This document shows, one piece after another, positions 8,444-16,868 of a DNA stretch of 28,096 nt. Position numbers and translations under genes: made by a program. The notes under the pieces are model-generated. The model was not told the origin of the DNA and searched no databases. It was given only the letters and a program-made list of their open reading frames with translations. Where the stretch lies: positions 1-28,096 of the IMG/VR virus record IMGVR_UViG_3300017754_001493, one strand, 5' to 3'. Within the stretch, counting starts at the first letter, position 1. The number at the start of each line of letters is the position of its first letter. The stretch comes from a virus. Taxonomy: Duplodnaviria; Caudoviricetes.

Positions 8444-8825
8444 CTCAAAAAAGCAGCACAATTTCATGGCGGCGATAGCGCACAACCCTGCGTTTGCCAA
8501 GAAAGTGGGAATCCCACAGTCTGTGGGGAAAGATTTCAACGAGGCCGACAAAGGCCGCAAATTTTCAAAAGGTGGTAACACTATGGCTAAAAGCGACATG
8601 AAAGAAGACATGAAGATGGACAAGTCTCAGGACAAAGCCATGATTCAAAAGGCCTTCAAACAGCACGATGCTCAAGAGCACAAAGGCGGCAAGGGCACAA
8701 CCTTGAAGCTGGCCAAGGGCGGCTCTACCGGTTCGTACCGTTCTGCTGCTGACGGCATTGCCCAGCGCGGCAAGACTCGCGCCCAGCAGTTCTGCATGGG
8801 CGGCATGACCAAGGGCAAGAAGTGA
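8433..8825 (+). CDS. Small Lys-rich protein with three xxxGG motifs; possible nested start at 8583
   Basis: 130 aa. Contains FSKGG, LAKGG, FCMGG and AADGIAQRGKT. Confidence 0.75.
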   Translation: MPSSSKKQHNFMAAIAHNPAFAKKVGIPQSVGKDFNEADKGRKFSKGGNTMAKSDMKEDMKMDKSQDKAMIQKAFKQHDAQEHKGGKGTTLKLAKGGSTGSYRSAADGIAQRGKTRAQQFCMGGMTKGKK

Positions 8826-9067
8826 TTGCCAGCCGTGGTATGGGGGACATCAACCCCGCCAAAATGCCAAAGGGCAAACGCATGGCCAAGGGCGGCTCCA
8901 CGAACTGGATCGCCGGTGCCATCAAGAAGCCGGGTGCATTGCGCTCGGCTCTCGGTGCCAAGGAAGGCCAACCGATCCCAGCCAAGAAATTGGCAAGCGC
9001 GGCTGAAAAGCCGGGCATCATGGGAAAACGCGCTCGACTGGCGCAGACACTTAAAGGCTTGAAGTAA
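8822..9067 (+). CDS. Small Lys-rich protein (WIAGAIKKPGALR...RARLAQTLKG)
   Basis: GTGA overlap with the previous stop, 81 aa, MAKGG motif. Confidence 0.72.
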   Translation: MIASRGMGDINPAKMPKGKRMAKGGSTNWIAGAIKKPGALRSALGAKEGQPIPAKKLASAAEKPGIMGKRARLAQTLKGLK

Positions 9068-9069
9068 TC

Positions 9070-9516
9070 ATGGCGACAAAACTCGGTTCCGACGAAACGT
9101 ACATGAAGAAGTACGACCAACTGTCGCCTGCAGAACAAAAAGCAGCAGACGCTACAAAAGCAGCACGTATCAAAGCTGCCCAAGACGAAGTGGAATCCGG
9201 TGACTCCATAGGGCAGCGTGTCAGTGATGTTGCAGGACGCTTGGTTAGAAGCTTCGGCGGCTCCAGTGCCAGTGCGCAACAGCAGGCTGCAGACGAAGCG
9301 GCGGCTAAAAGGACAGCAACGCGTCAAAGCAAGTTAGACGCAGCACAGGCCCCGGCGGGCCGTAACGCTAGGTACGTCTCCGAAACTCCCGGTAAAGCCG
9401 CCGACAACTTCAAACGCGGCGGTCGCGTTAAGAAAATGGCCACCGGTGGCGCTGTCAAGGCAACCGCACAACGTGCAACCGGCTATCGCGGCTACGGCAT
9501 CGCTAAGAAAGTTTAA
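9070..9516 (+). CDS. Ala/Lys-rich low-complexity protein with FKRGG/MATGG motifs
   Basis: 148 aa, starts 2 nt after the previous stop, C-terminal RGYGIAKK. Confidence 0.7.
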   Translation: MATKLGSDETYMKKYDQLSPAEQKAADATKAARIKAAQDEVESGDSIGQRVSDVAGRLVRSFGGSSASAQQQAADEAAAKRTATRQSKLDAAQAPAGRNARYVSETPGKAADNFKRGGRVKKMATGGAVKATAQRATGYRGYGIAKKV

Positions 9517-9518
9517 TC

Positions 9519-10211
9519 ATGGCTGTCTCTGGAACCACCACGTTTAACCTAGACCTCACCGAACTGGTGGAGGAGGCGTTTGAGCGCACGGGTTCTGAGC
9601 TGCGCACCGGTTACGACTTGAAGACCGCCCGCCGGTCTTTGAACCTTTTGTTCGCCGACTGGGCCAACCGTGGCGTCAACATGTGGACGTTCGAGCAGGG
9701 GTCGATTACTTTGACCCCCGGCGTAGCCACCTACGACCTTCCTGCTGACACCGTGGACTTGCTGGAGCACGTGATCCGCACCGGTGCCGGTAGCGCGTCC
9801 ACACAGGCCGATTTGACGATCACGCGCATCAGCGTGTCCACGTACGCCACCATCCCCAACAAGCTGCAGCAAGCCCGTCCGATTCAGGTCTGGATTGAGC
9901 GCCTGCAGTCTGCACCGCGCTTTACGGTGTGGCCAGTGCCGGACAGCTCCCAGACGTACACGTTCGTGTACTGGCGCATGCGCCGCATCGACGACGCTGG
10001 TACCGGCGTGAACACGATGGATGTCCCGTTCCGGTTCATCCCTTGCATGGTGGCCGGGCTGGCGTACTACCTGTCGCTGAAGGTGCCAAACGGCATGCAG
10101 CGCACTGAGATGCTGAAACAACAGTACGATGAAGCTTGGCAGTTGGCCAGCGACGAAGACCGCGAAAAGGCTTCGATTCGCTTGGTTCCCCGTCAGATGT
10201 TCATCAACTAA
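9519..10211 (+). CDS. Head-tail adaptor / tail tubular protein A-like
   Basis: 230 aa: helical N-terminus, ITLTPGVATYDLP beta-insert, VWPVPD, GLAYYLS helix. This is an adaptor-type layout. Confidence 0.65.
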   Translation: MAVSGTTTFNLDLTELVEEAFERTGSELRTGYDLKTARRSLNLLFADWANRGVNMWTFEQGSITLTPGVATYDLPADTVDLLEHVIRTGAGSASTQADLTITRISVSTYATIPNKLQQARPIQVWIERLQSAPRFTVWPVPDSSQTYTFVYWRMRRIDDAGTGVNTMDVPFRFIPCMVAGLAYYLSLKVPNGMQRTEMLKQQYDEAWQLASDEDREKASIRLVPRQMFIN

Positions 10212-10214
10212 GCT

Positions 10215-10604
10215 ATGGGCAATAGGTTTTCTTCCGGCAAAAATGCGGTCGCCATGTGCGACCGTTGCGGTCAGCGCTATAAGCTGACCGAGCTGAAGAA
10301 GGAAGTGCAGAAGCAGCGGATTTTCAATCTGCTAGTTTGCCCGCAGTGCTGGGACCCCGACCACCCCCAGTTGATGCTGGGCACCTTCCCTGTTGACGAC
10401 CCGCAGGCCGTGCGAAACCCTCGTACGGACAGCACTTACGAAGTAGCAGGCCCAATGACAGACGGGTACAATAGTGGCGGCTCTAGAAATATTCAGTGGG
10501 GCTGGAGGCCAATCGGCGGATCGTCTTATTTTGATGCTGTCTTGACCCCGAACAACTTGGTGGCGACAACAAGCTTAGGCACAGTAACCGTAACGGTTTC
10601 ATAG
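10215..10604 (+). CDS. Zinc-ribbon protein
   Basis: CDRC...CPQC pair followed by WDPDHPQ; 129 aa. Confidence 0.72.
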   Translation: MGNRFSSGKNAVAMCDRCGQRYKLTELKKEVQKQRIFNLLVCPQCWDPDHPQLMLGTFPVDDPQAVRNPRTDSTYEVAGPMTDGYNSGGSRNIQWGWRPIGGSSYFDAVLTPNNLVATTSLGTVTVTVS

Positions 10605-10613
10605 GAGTAAATC

Positions 10614-10799
10614 ATGGCGTACAAAAAAGCAGCAGATGGTGTAGTGTCGAAAGGCAAAACCGATGCTAAAGTCCTCCCCAACAGCGGCCCCAACGCCAAA
10701 GCCACCGCAGGCGGCAAGAAAAGCGCTGGCGTGAAAAGCGCAGCGATGGTCAGTGTCGGTCGTAACATGGCCCGCGTTGCAAACCAAAAAGGCGGTTAA
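10614..10799 (+). CDS. Small Lys-rich protein
   Basis: AGGAG RBS, 61 aa, AADGVVSKGKT, ends QKGG. Confidence 0.7.
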   Translation: MAYKKAADGVVSKGKTDAKVLPNSGPNAKATAGGKKSAGVKSAAMVSVGRNMARVANQKGG

Positions 10800-10801
10800 T
10801 C

Positions 10802-11044
10802 ATGGCGATCAACAACAAACCGGCTTCGGCGTACGCTAAGCCGCACACCATGTCTGGCAAGGCCGTGCGTATGGAGTCCAACCCCGGTTCGATGCCCAAC
10901 CGCAGCAAGGCGGATTCACTGGACATGAGCATTGGCAACATCAGCAAGTCCGCTGGTAATGAGCCAACCAAGACTTCGGGCATCAAAGTCCGTGGTACTG
11001 GCGCGGCCACCAAAGGTCTGATGGCACGAGGCCCGATGGCATGA
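10802..11044 (+). CDS. Small basic protein
   Basis: 80 aa, C-terminal IKVRGTGAATKG, ATGA overlap with the next gene. Confidence 0.7.
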   Translation: MAINNKPASAYAKPHTMSGKAVRMESNPGSMPNRSKADSLDMSIGNISKSAGNEPTKTSGIKVRGTGAATKGLMARGPMA

Positions 11045-11700
11045 ACTACGCTGCTCTAGTCACAGCGATCTCCCAGTACACGGAGAACACGTTTCCGACA
11101 TCTGCGATGAACACGTTCATCACGCAGGCAGAGCAGCGCATTTACAACACCATCCAGTTCCCCTCGCTCCGCAAGAACGTCACGGGTACCGTGAGTGCGA
11201 ACAACAAGTACCTGTCGGCACCGAGCGACTACTTGGCCACGTACTCCTTGGCGGTCATCGACGACGACGGTGCGTACACCTTCTTGCTGAACAAGGACGT
11301 GAACTTCATCCGTGAAGCGTACCCAGTCCCAACAAGCACAGGCTTGCCCAAGTATTACGCCTTGTTTGGCCCGACCACAAGCGGCGGAGTCCCCACCACC
11401 GAGCTGTCTTTCATCGTTGGCCCGACTCCTGATGCGCTCTACTCCGTAGAGCTGCACTACTTCTACTACCCCGAGTCGATCACTACCGCAAGCACAACAT
11501 GGCTGGGCGACAACTTTGACTCCGTGCTGCTGTACGGCTCCTTGGTGGAAGCCTACACCTACATGAAGGGTGAGCAGGACATCATCGGCCTGTACGACGC
11601 CAAGTTCAAAGACGCCATCATTTTGGCCAAGCGTTTGGGCGACGGCATGGAACGCCAAGACGCCTACCGCAACGGGCAGTACCGTCAACAGGTGACATAA
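11041..11700 (+). CDS. Second adaptor/neck ring protein
   Basis: 219 aa. Contains FITQAEQRI, GLPKYYA, VGPTPD and LLYGSLVEAYTYMK. Confidence 0.68.
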   Translation: MNYAALVTAISQYTENTFPTSAMNTFITQAEQRIYNTIQFPSLRKNVTGTVSANNKYLSAPSDYLATYSLAVIDDDGAYTFLLNKDVNFIREAYPVPTSTGLPKYYALFGPTTSGGVPTTELSFIVGPTPDALYSVELHYFYYPESITTASTTWLGDNFDSVLLYGSLVEAYTYMKGEQDIIGLYDAKFKDAIILAKRLGDGMERQDAYRNGQYRQQVT

Positions 11701-11701
11701 C

Positions 11702-12115
11702 ATGGCAATCGTCCAAGGTCAAACCACGAGCTTCAAGAAGGAGCTGTACCAAGCAGTCCACGATCTGTCCACGGACACGATCAAGATGGCTTTGTACACG
11801 GGCGCTGCCAGCTTGAATTTGGGGACAACGGAGTACACGACCTCCAACGAGGTCGTCGCCACTGGGTATACTGCCGGGGGCAATACGCTTACTGGCGTGA
11901 CCGTCAGCGATGCAAACTACACAGCCTACGTCAACTTTGACAACACGAGCTGGACGGCTGCATTGACGGCCCGCTGCGCTCTAATCTACAATGCCAGCAA
12001 GGGCAACAAGTCCATTGCGGTAATTGACTTTGGGTCTGACAAAATGTCCACTACGACGTTCTTGGTTACAATGCCCGCCAACACTTCAACCACCGCGCTG
12101 ATCCGTAGCGCATAA
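11702..12115 (+). CDS. Tail/appendage structural protein
   Basis: 137 aa. Contains DTIKMALYT, GYTAGGNTL and ARCALIYN; coupled within the tail cluster. Confidence 0.65.
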   Translation: MAIVQGQTTSFKKELYQAVHDLSTDTIKMALYTGAASLNLGTTEYTTSNEVVATGYTAGGNTLTGVTVSDANYTAYVNFDNTSWTAALTARCALIYNASKGNKSIAVIDFGSDKMSTTTFLVTMPANTSTTALIRSA

Positions 12116-12124
12116 GGAAACAGT

Positions 12125-12715
12125 ATGTCCAACGAAAAAATCCGCTCTGCCGATACCGTGTCCAGCGGCTTGACTGCCGGTACCCGCTCAGGCGAAGAGA
12201 TGCTGGCGCTTGGCAAGTTCACCCTGACATGCTACGACAAGGACGGCAAGGTGAAGTGGACTGAAGAAAACCACAATCTGGTGGTGAACCAAGGTCTGCA
12301 GTACATGGCAAGCTGCGCACTGACCGCAGGTGCTACCGCTGTTACCCAGTTGACCGCTTGGTACATTGGCTTGTACGGAGCTGGCGCATCCAATACCCCC
12401 GCCGCTGGCGACACGATGTCGTCTCACGCTGGCTGGACAGAGATCGTCCCCTACAGCAACTCGACTCGCCCCGCTTGCACGTTCGTTGCGGCCACCACGG
12501 CAAACCCCTCGGTGGCTACCAACTCTGCGTCTCCTGCAGCGTTTACCATCAACGCCACGGCCACTGTTGGCGGCGCATTCTTGGTCAGCAACAGCACCAA
12601 GTCCGGTACGACCGGTACCCTGTTCTCTGCGGCTGACTTCTCCAGCCCCGGCGACCGTAGCGTGGTTAGCGGTGATACACTGAACGTAACCTACACGATG
12701 TCTCTCGCTGGCTAA
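12125..12715 (+). CDS. Tail/appendage structural protein
   Basis: 196 aa, AAGGA RBS. Contains HNLVVNQG and GDTLNVTY, a pattern seen in fibre/baseplate attachment domains. Confidence 0.65.
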   Translation: MSNEKIRSADTVSSGLTAGTRSGEEMLALGKFTLTCYDKDGKVKWTEENHNLVVNQGLQYMASCALTAGATAVTQLTAWYIGLYGAGASNTPAAGDTMSSHAGWTEIVPYSNSTRPACTFVAATTANPSVATNSASPAAFTINATATVGGAFLVSNSTKSGTTGTLFSAADFSSPGDRSVVSGDTLNVTYTMSLAG

Positions 12716-12739
12716 TTAACGGGCTGAACCTTGGTTCGT

Positions 12740-12770
12740 AAGTACCCGCTTCGGCGGGTATTTGTCTTTT
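12740..12770 (+). terminator. Probable rho-independent terminator/attenuator before the fibre genes
   Basis: AAGTACCCGC-TTCG-GCGGGTATTT followed by GTCTTTT. Confidence 0.7.
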
Positions 12771-12780
12771 GGAGCTACGC

Positions 12781-12957
12781 ATGAAGATCGACTTTTTCTT
12801 TGATACCCAATATGGCAGGTTTGGGGACGCGCTTTGGTTTTCGGATACAGAGCCGCTGCCAAGCGATGTGGAGATTGAGGCCATGAAGCAGCAACGCCTG
12901 ACCAACTGGCTGGCCCTCATCGAGAACCCACCTGAAGAAACCACTGGAGCTCAATAA
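12781..12957 (+). CDS. Small acidic protein, possibly fibre-associated
   Basis: ATG 12781 after GGAG, 58 aa, TAATG overlap with the next gene. Confidence 0.65.
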   Translation: MKIDFFFDTQYGRFGDALWFSDTEPLPSDVEIEAMKQQRLTNWLALIENPPEETTGAQ

Positions 12958-13832
12958 TGGCACTCATCCTTGCCGACCGCGTACAAGAAACAACCAACAC
13001 TACCGGTACAGGTACGCTGACCCTTGCCGGAGCCGTGTCGGGATTCCAGTCGTTCTCCGTTATTGGTAACGGCAACACCACGTATTACACCATTGTCTCT
13101 GGCTCTGCGTGGGAAGTGGGTATTGGCACCTACACCTCGGTAGGAACAACCCTTGCACGTACCACTATCCTGTCTTCGTCCGCTGCGGGCGCAGCCATCA
13201 CTGTAGCTGCTGGCGCAAGCGTGTTTGCCACCTACCCAGCAGAGCGCTCTGTGAACTTGGACGGCGGAGGCAACATCCCTCAAGCCGTGACGGCAGGTCT
13301 TGGAACTACGGTGCTTCCGGGCGAAGTGTTTTACCGGTTGAACTCCACAGTTGCAGGAGCTAATGCAACGGGCGCTCAAAGTATTCTTGGAGTTGGCGTG
13401 ACTTTGGCTGGCTCCACGGTTTATCAATTTGAAGGGGTGTTTGCATTCAGCAAGGCAGCAGGAACCACATCGCACACCTTTGGTGTTGGCTTTGGTGGAA
13501 CGGCCACCCTGAACAACATTGGCTACGAGTTAACCGGTCAAATGAATGCAACCGGTCTTACAACCACAACTACAGCTATTGCAAACATCTTACCTTGGTA
13601 CATTCAGACCGCATCAAACACACCGTTTACCAGTGCAATCACAACGGCTGCTGAATACATAATGATGGTTGTGAAAGGCACTGTGTCAGTAAATGCAGGC
13701 GGCACATTTATACCCCAATACACTTTGAGCGCTGCTCCGGGCGGTGCATACACAACCGCGCTTGGTAGCTATTTCAAGCTATCCCCGCTTGGCGCTTCCG
13801 GTGCTAACACCAGTATCGGTACTTGGGCCTAA
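12957..13832 (+). CDS. Tail fibre/appendage protein
   Basis: MALILADRVQETTNTTGTGTLTLAGA anchor-type N-terminus; C-terminal beta-sandwich-like region with lower GC. Confidence 0.7.
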   Translation: MALILADRVQETTNTTGTGTLTLAGAVSGFQSFSVIGNGNTTYYTIVSGSAWEVGIGTYTSVGTTLARTTILSSSAAGAAITVAAGASVFATYPAERSVNLDGGGNIPQAVTAGLGTTVLPGEVFYRLNSTVAGANATGAQSILGVGVTLAGSTVYQFEGVFAFSKAAGTTSHTFGVGFGGTATLNNIGYELTGQMNATGLTTTTTAIANILPWYIQTASNTPFTSAITTAAEYIMMVVKGTVSVNAGGTFIPQYTLSAAPGGAYTTALGSYFKLSPLGASGANTSIGTWA

Positions 13833-13841
13833 AGGGTAGCC

Positions 13842-16800
13842 ATGTTCGGTTTTACCCCCATCGCAGCCGCTCCTATAGGGAGCAATACTTCGGTTGCCGG
13901 TTCGTTCCCGGCAGGCCGCTACTGGGTCGGGGGGTCTGGAACTTGGGACGCAACAACCACAACGAACTGGTCAGCTACGTCTGGTGGCGCAGGCGGGGCC
14001 TCCGTGCCGACGAGCACGGATGATGTCTTTTTTGACCAAGCAAGCACCTATACCGTGACAATTGCAAGCGGGACAAGGGTGTGCAAGGACTTTACACTTG
14101 TGACGGGCGCGGTTACCTTTTCGGGAAACCCCAACCTTACAATTTCTGGGTCGCTTCTTTGGATGCTACCGCCTACCAGTTTTACTTCTGGAATATCGTT
14201 GATATTTAACGGCGCAGGCAGTCAAACTATGGCCACCAGTGGATTTTCTACTGGAAGTGCGATCAGTTTTACGGGCAGTACGCTTACGATGTCCTTGGCA
14301 GGAGCGCTCACCAATACAAATACCTCCGGTATTAGCGTAACGGGTAGTGGTGCAGTACTCAACACCGCAGGGTACACTGTCACTGCTAGTAAGCTTGCGG
14401 GTACCGCTGGTACCATAAATCTTGGCGCATCCACGGTTACGCTATCCAACCAAAACCCACTCACATATTCGGGGACTTTGAATGCCGGAACCTCTCAGCT
14501 TAACTTATCGAGTTCAAGCACAACCCTAACACTGGGCGGCTCAAACACTACGCTTTATAACGTAACCTTTACTTCAACGTCCCCTGCAGTATCCATTACT
14601 GGGGCCTACACCTTTAATACACTCTATATTACCGGGGCGGGTGGAACTGGGTTGTTTACAGTGGCCTTTGGTGCTAACCAAACAATTGGAACACTGACTC
14701 TTGCTAGTAGTGGGCTTGCCTATGCTCGCGTAATGCTTATGTCCAGCGTATTTAACACGCAAAGAACCCTTGCCGTTACTACACTTACAGCGGGTGCAGG
14801 TGACGTAGATTTTCAAGATATTGCAGTTACAGGAACTACGTTAACAGGCACTAGGTTTGGGGATGCAGGCGGTAATAGTGGCATCACTTTCCCCGCCGCT
14901 AAAACAGTGTATTTTCGCGCCACTGGCAGTGCGAACTGGGGTAGCGCAACCTCATGGTCTGCGACTTCTGGTGGGGCGGCAGCTTCGAGTAGCTTCCCAT
15001 TGGCGCAAGACACCGCCGTATTCCCGGCTGCTACATATCCAGCATCAGGGGCTACTACTACGGTAAACGCAGCGTACAACATTGGAACCATAGACATGAG
15101 TCTTCGTACTGCAAATACGATGACCTTAGTAACAGGTTCAAACAGTCCGTATTTCTACGGGGGCTGGATTAACGGCACGGGCATTACACTTACGGGCTCT
15201 GGGGTTCTTACGTTTGCAGGCAGGACTACACAGAATATAACTAGCGCCGGAAAGTCTTTTGCAGCGAGCGTAACTGTTAACACGCCCGGCGGTACTGTCG
15301 TGCTGCAAGATGCGTTTGTTTTGGCTGCTGGGGGCGGGGCGGACTTTGTACATAACAACGGAACCATAAACCTCAACGGGCAGACGCTTACTATTGCAGG
15401 CGCTACTAACGCTACGTACACCACAGGGGTTGGAACTAAGAACCTAGCGTTTAACGGCGGGTCGTTGGTGATTAACTCTACCTCCGGGTTTAACAATGCT
15501 GCGCCAACTGGGTTTACTACGACTGCGGGCACGGGTACCGGAACAATTAGCTTGACAAGCGCAAGCACCAAGACTTTTGTTGGTGGCGGGTCTACCTTTA
15601 ACTGCACACTGAACCAAGGTGGCGCGGGTCAGTTGAGCGTGTCTGGCTCAAATACGTTTCTGGATATTACCAACACGTACTCCGCCACAGGCGCTACCTC
15701 AGTTAAATTTACTGCTGGCGCAACCAACATCTTTACCGCCTTCAACCTGACTGGAACGGTCGGTAAGGTCTGTACGCTCGGCTCTTTGACTGCCGCACAG
15801 ACCACCCTGCAAAAAGGTACGGTATGGCAGATGGGTGCCAACTCCACCGACGGCGGCAATAACTCAGGGCTGTCGTTTGTCGCTGGTGGCGGTATTGACT
15901 ACTTGTCGGTTAGCTATATCAATGGAACAGTTGTAGGTGGAGGGACTGTATATAACGTCAATCTGTCGGACACCGCTACAGCTACAGATGCGATATCGGC
16001 TATATTTAACGCCTACTCCGCACTCACTGAAACCACCACGGGTACGGACGCCATCACGGTTACCTATACCGCCAACCCTGCGGTATCCGAGACAGGCACG
16101 GCGACCGACGCCGACACTGCGCAGTACGTAGCCAACCCGAACATTACAGAGACCGCCACGGCAACGGACACCGTTGACCCACAATCTACGGCCAACGCCG
16201 CAGTCTCGGAAACCGCAACCGCCACTGACTTCTTGGCAGTATCTGCTGCATGGGCGGCAATCGTTGCTGAGACGGGCACTGCTACCGACTTGGTGTTTGG
16301 GTTCAGCGGGAACCTTTATCTTGTCAGTATCGACGAGTCTGCCTCTATTGCGGATGTTGCTGCTGCAGCCATCAGCTTCCGGGTAACCGTGGCAGAGACA
16401 GCGACCGCAACGGATAGCCTGACAACACTCGCGACATTCAGGTCTACCGTAGTTGGGACGGCCACCGCCACTGACTCCCCTCGGGCGGCTCAGGTGTTTA
16501 GGGGGACGTTGGCCGAAGCGGCTACCGCCTCGGACGCTATCAGTAGGGTCGTTGCCTTTTACGTGCAAGTTGCTGAGGGCACAACCGCTACCGATGCCAC
16601 CGCTATCGCGGCGTCCATATTCAACGCTCCGTTTGAGGACACCATCGGTGTTATAGATACCGTAGTAGCAAGCAGTACGTATAATGCCTCGGTGCTCGTG
16701 GCGTTGGTTGCTTCAGACACAATTGTCGGCGCGTTTCTGTGGAACCTGATAGACGACGCTCAGACCGCAAACTGGCAAAATATTGGCACCAACCAGACGC

Positions 16801-16859
16801 CCAACTGGGTTGTCATTGATACCGCCCAAGTCCCCGGCTGGACAGGCATCGACACATAA
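13842..16859 (+). CDS. Large fibre/adhesin-like protein: duplicated Gly/Thr/Ser-rich beta domain, 20-aa repeat stalk, Trp-repeat end
   Basis: 1005 aa; internal duplication and repeats are directly visible in the translation. Confidence 0.75.
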   Translation: MFGFTPIAAAPIGSNTSVAGSFPAGRYWVGGSGTWDATTTTNWSATSGGAGGASVPTSTDDVFFDQASTYTVTIASGTRVCKDFTLVTGAVTFSGNPNLTISGSLLWMLPPTSFTSGISLIFNGAGSQTMATSGFSTGSAISFTGSTLTMSLAGALTNTNTSGISVTGSGAVLNTAGYTVTASKLAGTAGTINLGASTVTLSNQNPLTYSGTLNAGTSQLNLSSSSTTLTLGGSNTTLYNVTFTSTSPAVSITGAYTFNTLYITGAGGTGLFTVAFGANQTIGTLTLASSGLAYARVMLMSSVFNTQRTLAVTTLTAGAGDVDFQDIAVTGTTLTGTRFGDAGGNSGITFPAAKTVYFRATGSANWGSATSWSATSGGAAASSSFPLAQDTAVFPAATYPASGATTTVNAAYNIGTIDMSLRTANTMTLVTGSNSPYFYGGWINGTGITLTGSGVLTFAGRTTQNITSAGKSFAASVTVNTPGGTVVLQDAFVLAAGGGADFVHNNGTINLNGQTLTIAGATNATYTTGVGTKNLAFNGGSLVINSTSGFNNAAPTGFTTTAGTGTGTISLTSASTKTFVGGGSTFNCTLNQGGAGQLSVSGSNTFLDITNTYSATGATSVKFTAGATNIFTAFNLTGTVGKVCTLGSLTAAQTTLQKGTVWQMGANSTDGGNNSGLSFVAGGGIDYLSVSYINGTVVGGGTVYNVNLSDTATATDAISAIFNAYSALTETTTGTDAITVTYTANPAVSETGTATDADTAQYVANPNITETATATDTVDPQSTANAAVSETATATDFLAVSAAWAAIVAETGTATDLVFGFSGNLYLVSIDESASIADVAAAAISFRVTVAETATATDSLTTLATFRSTVVGTATATDSPRAAQVFRGTLAEAATASDAISRVVAFYVQVAEGTTATDATAIAASIFNAPFEDTIGVIDTVVASSTYNASVLVALVASDTIVGAFLWNLIDDAQTANWQNIGTNQTPNWVVIDTAQVPGWTGIDT
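15963..16720 (+). repeat. About 13 degenerate 20-aa repeats (VxETATATD...)
   Basis: LSDTATATD, LTETTTGTD, VSETGTATD, ITETATATD, VSETATATD, VAETGTATD and others at about 60 nt spacing. Confidence 0.85.
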
Positions 16860-16868
16860 GGAAATTGT

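Noticed and set aside
15320-15895. LAAGG/FVAGG matches in the giant fibre as members of the GG tag
   Set aside because: Expected by chance in a very Gly-rich beta domain, and they lack the basic or disordered context.
15963-16720. CRISPR-like periodicity
   Set aside because: The repeats are degenerate at DNA level and conserved only as protein.
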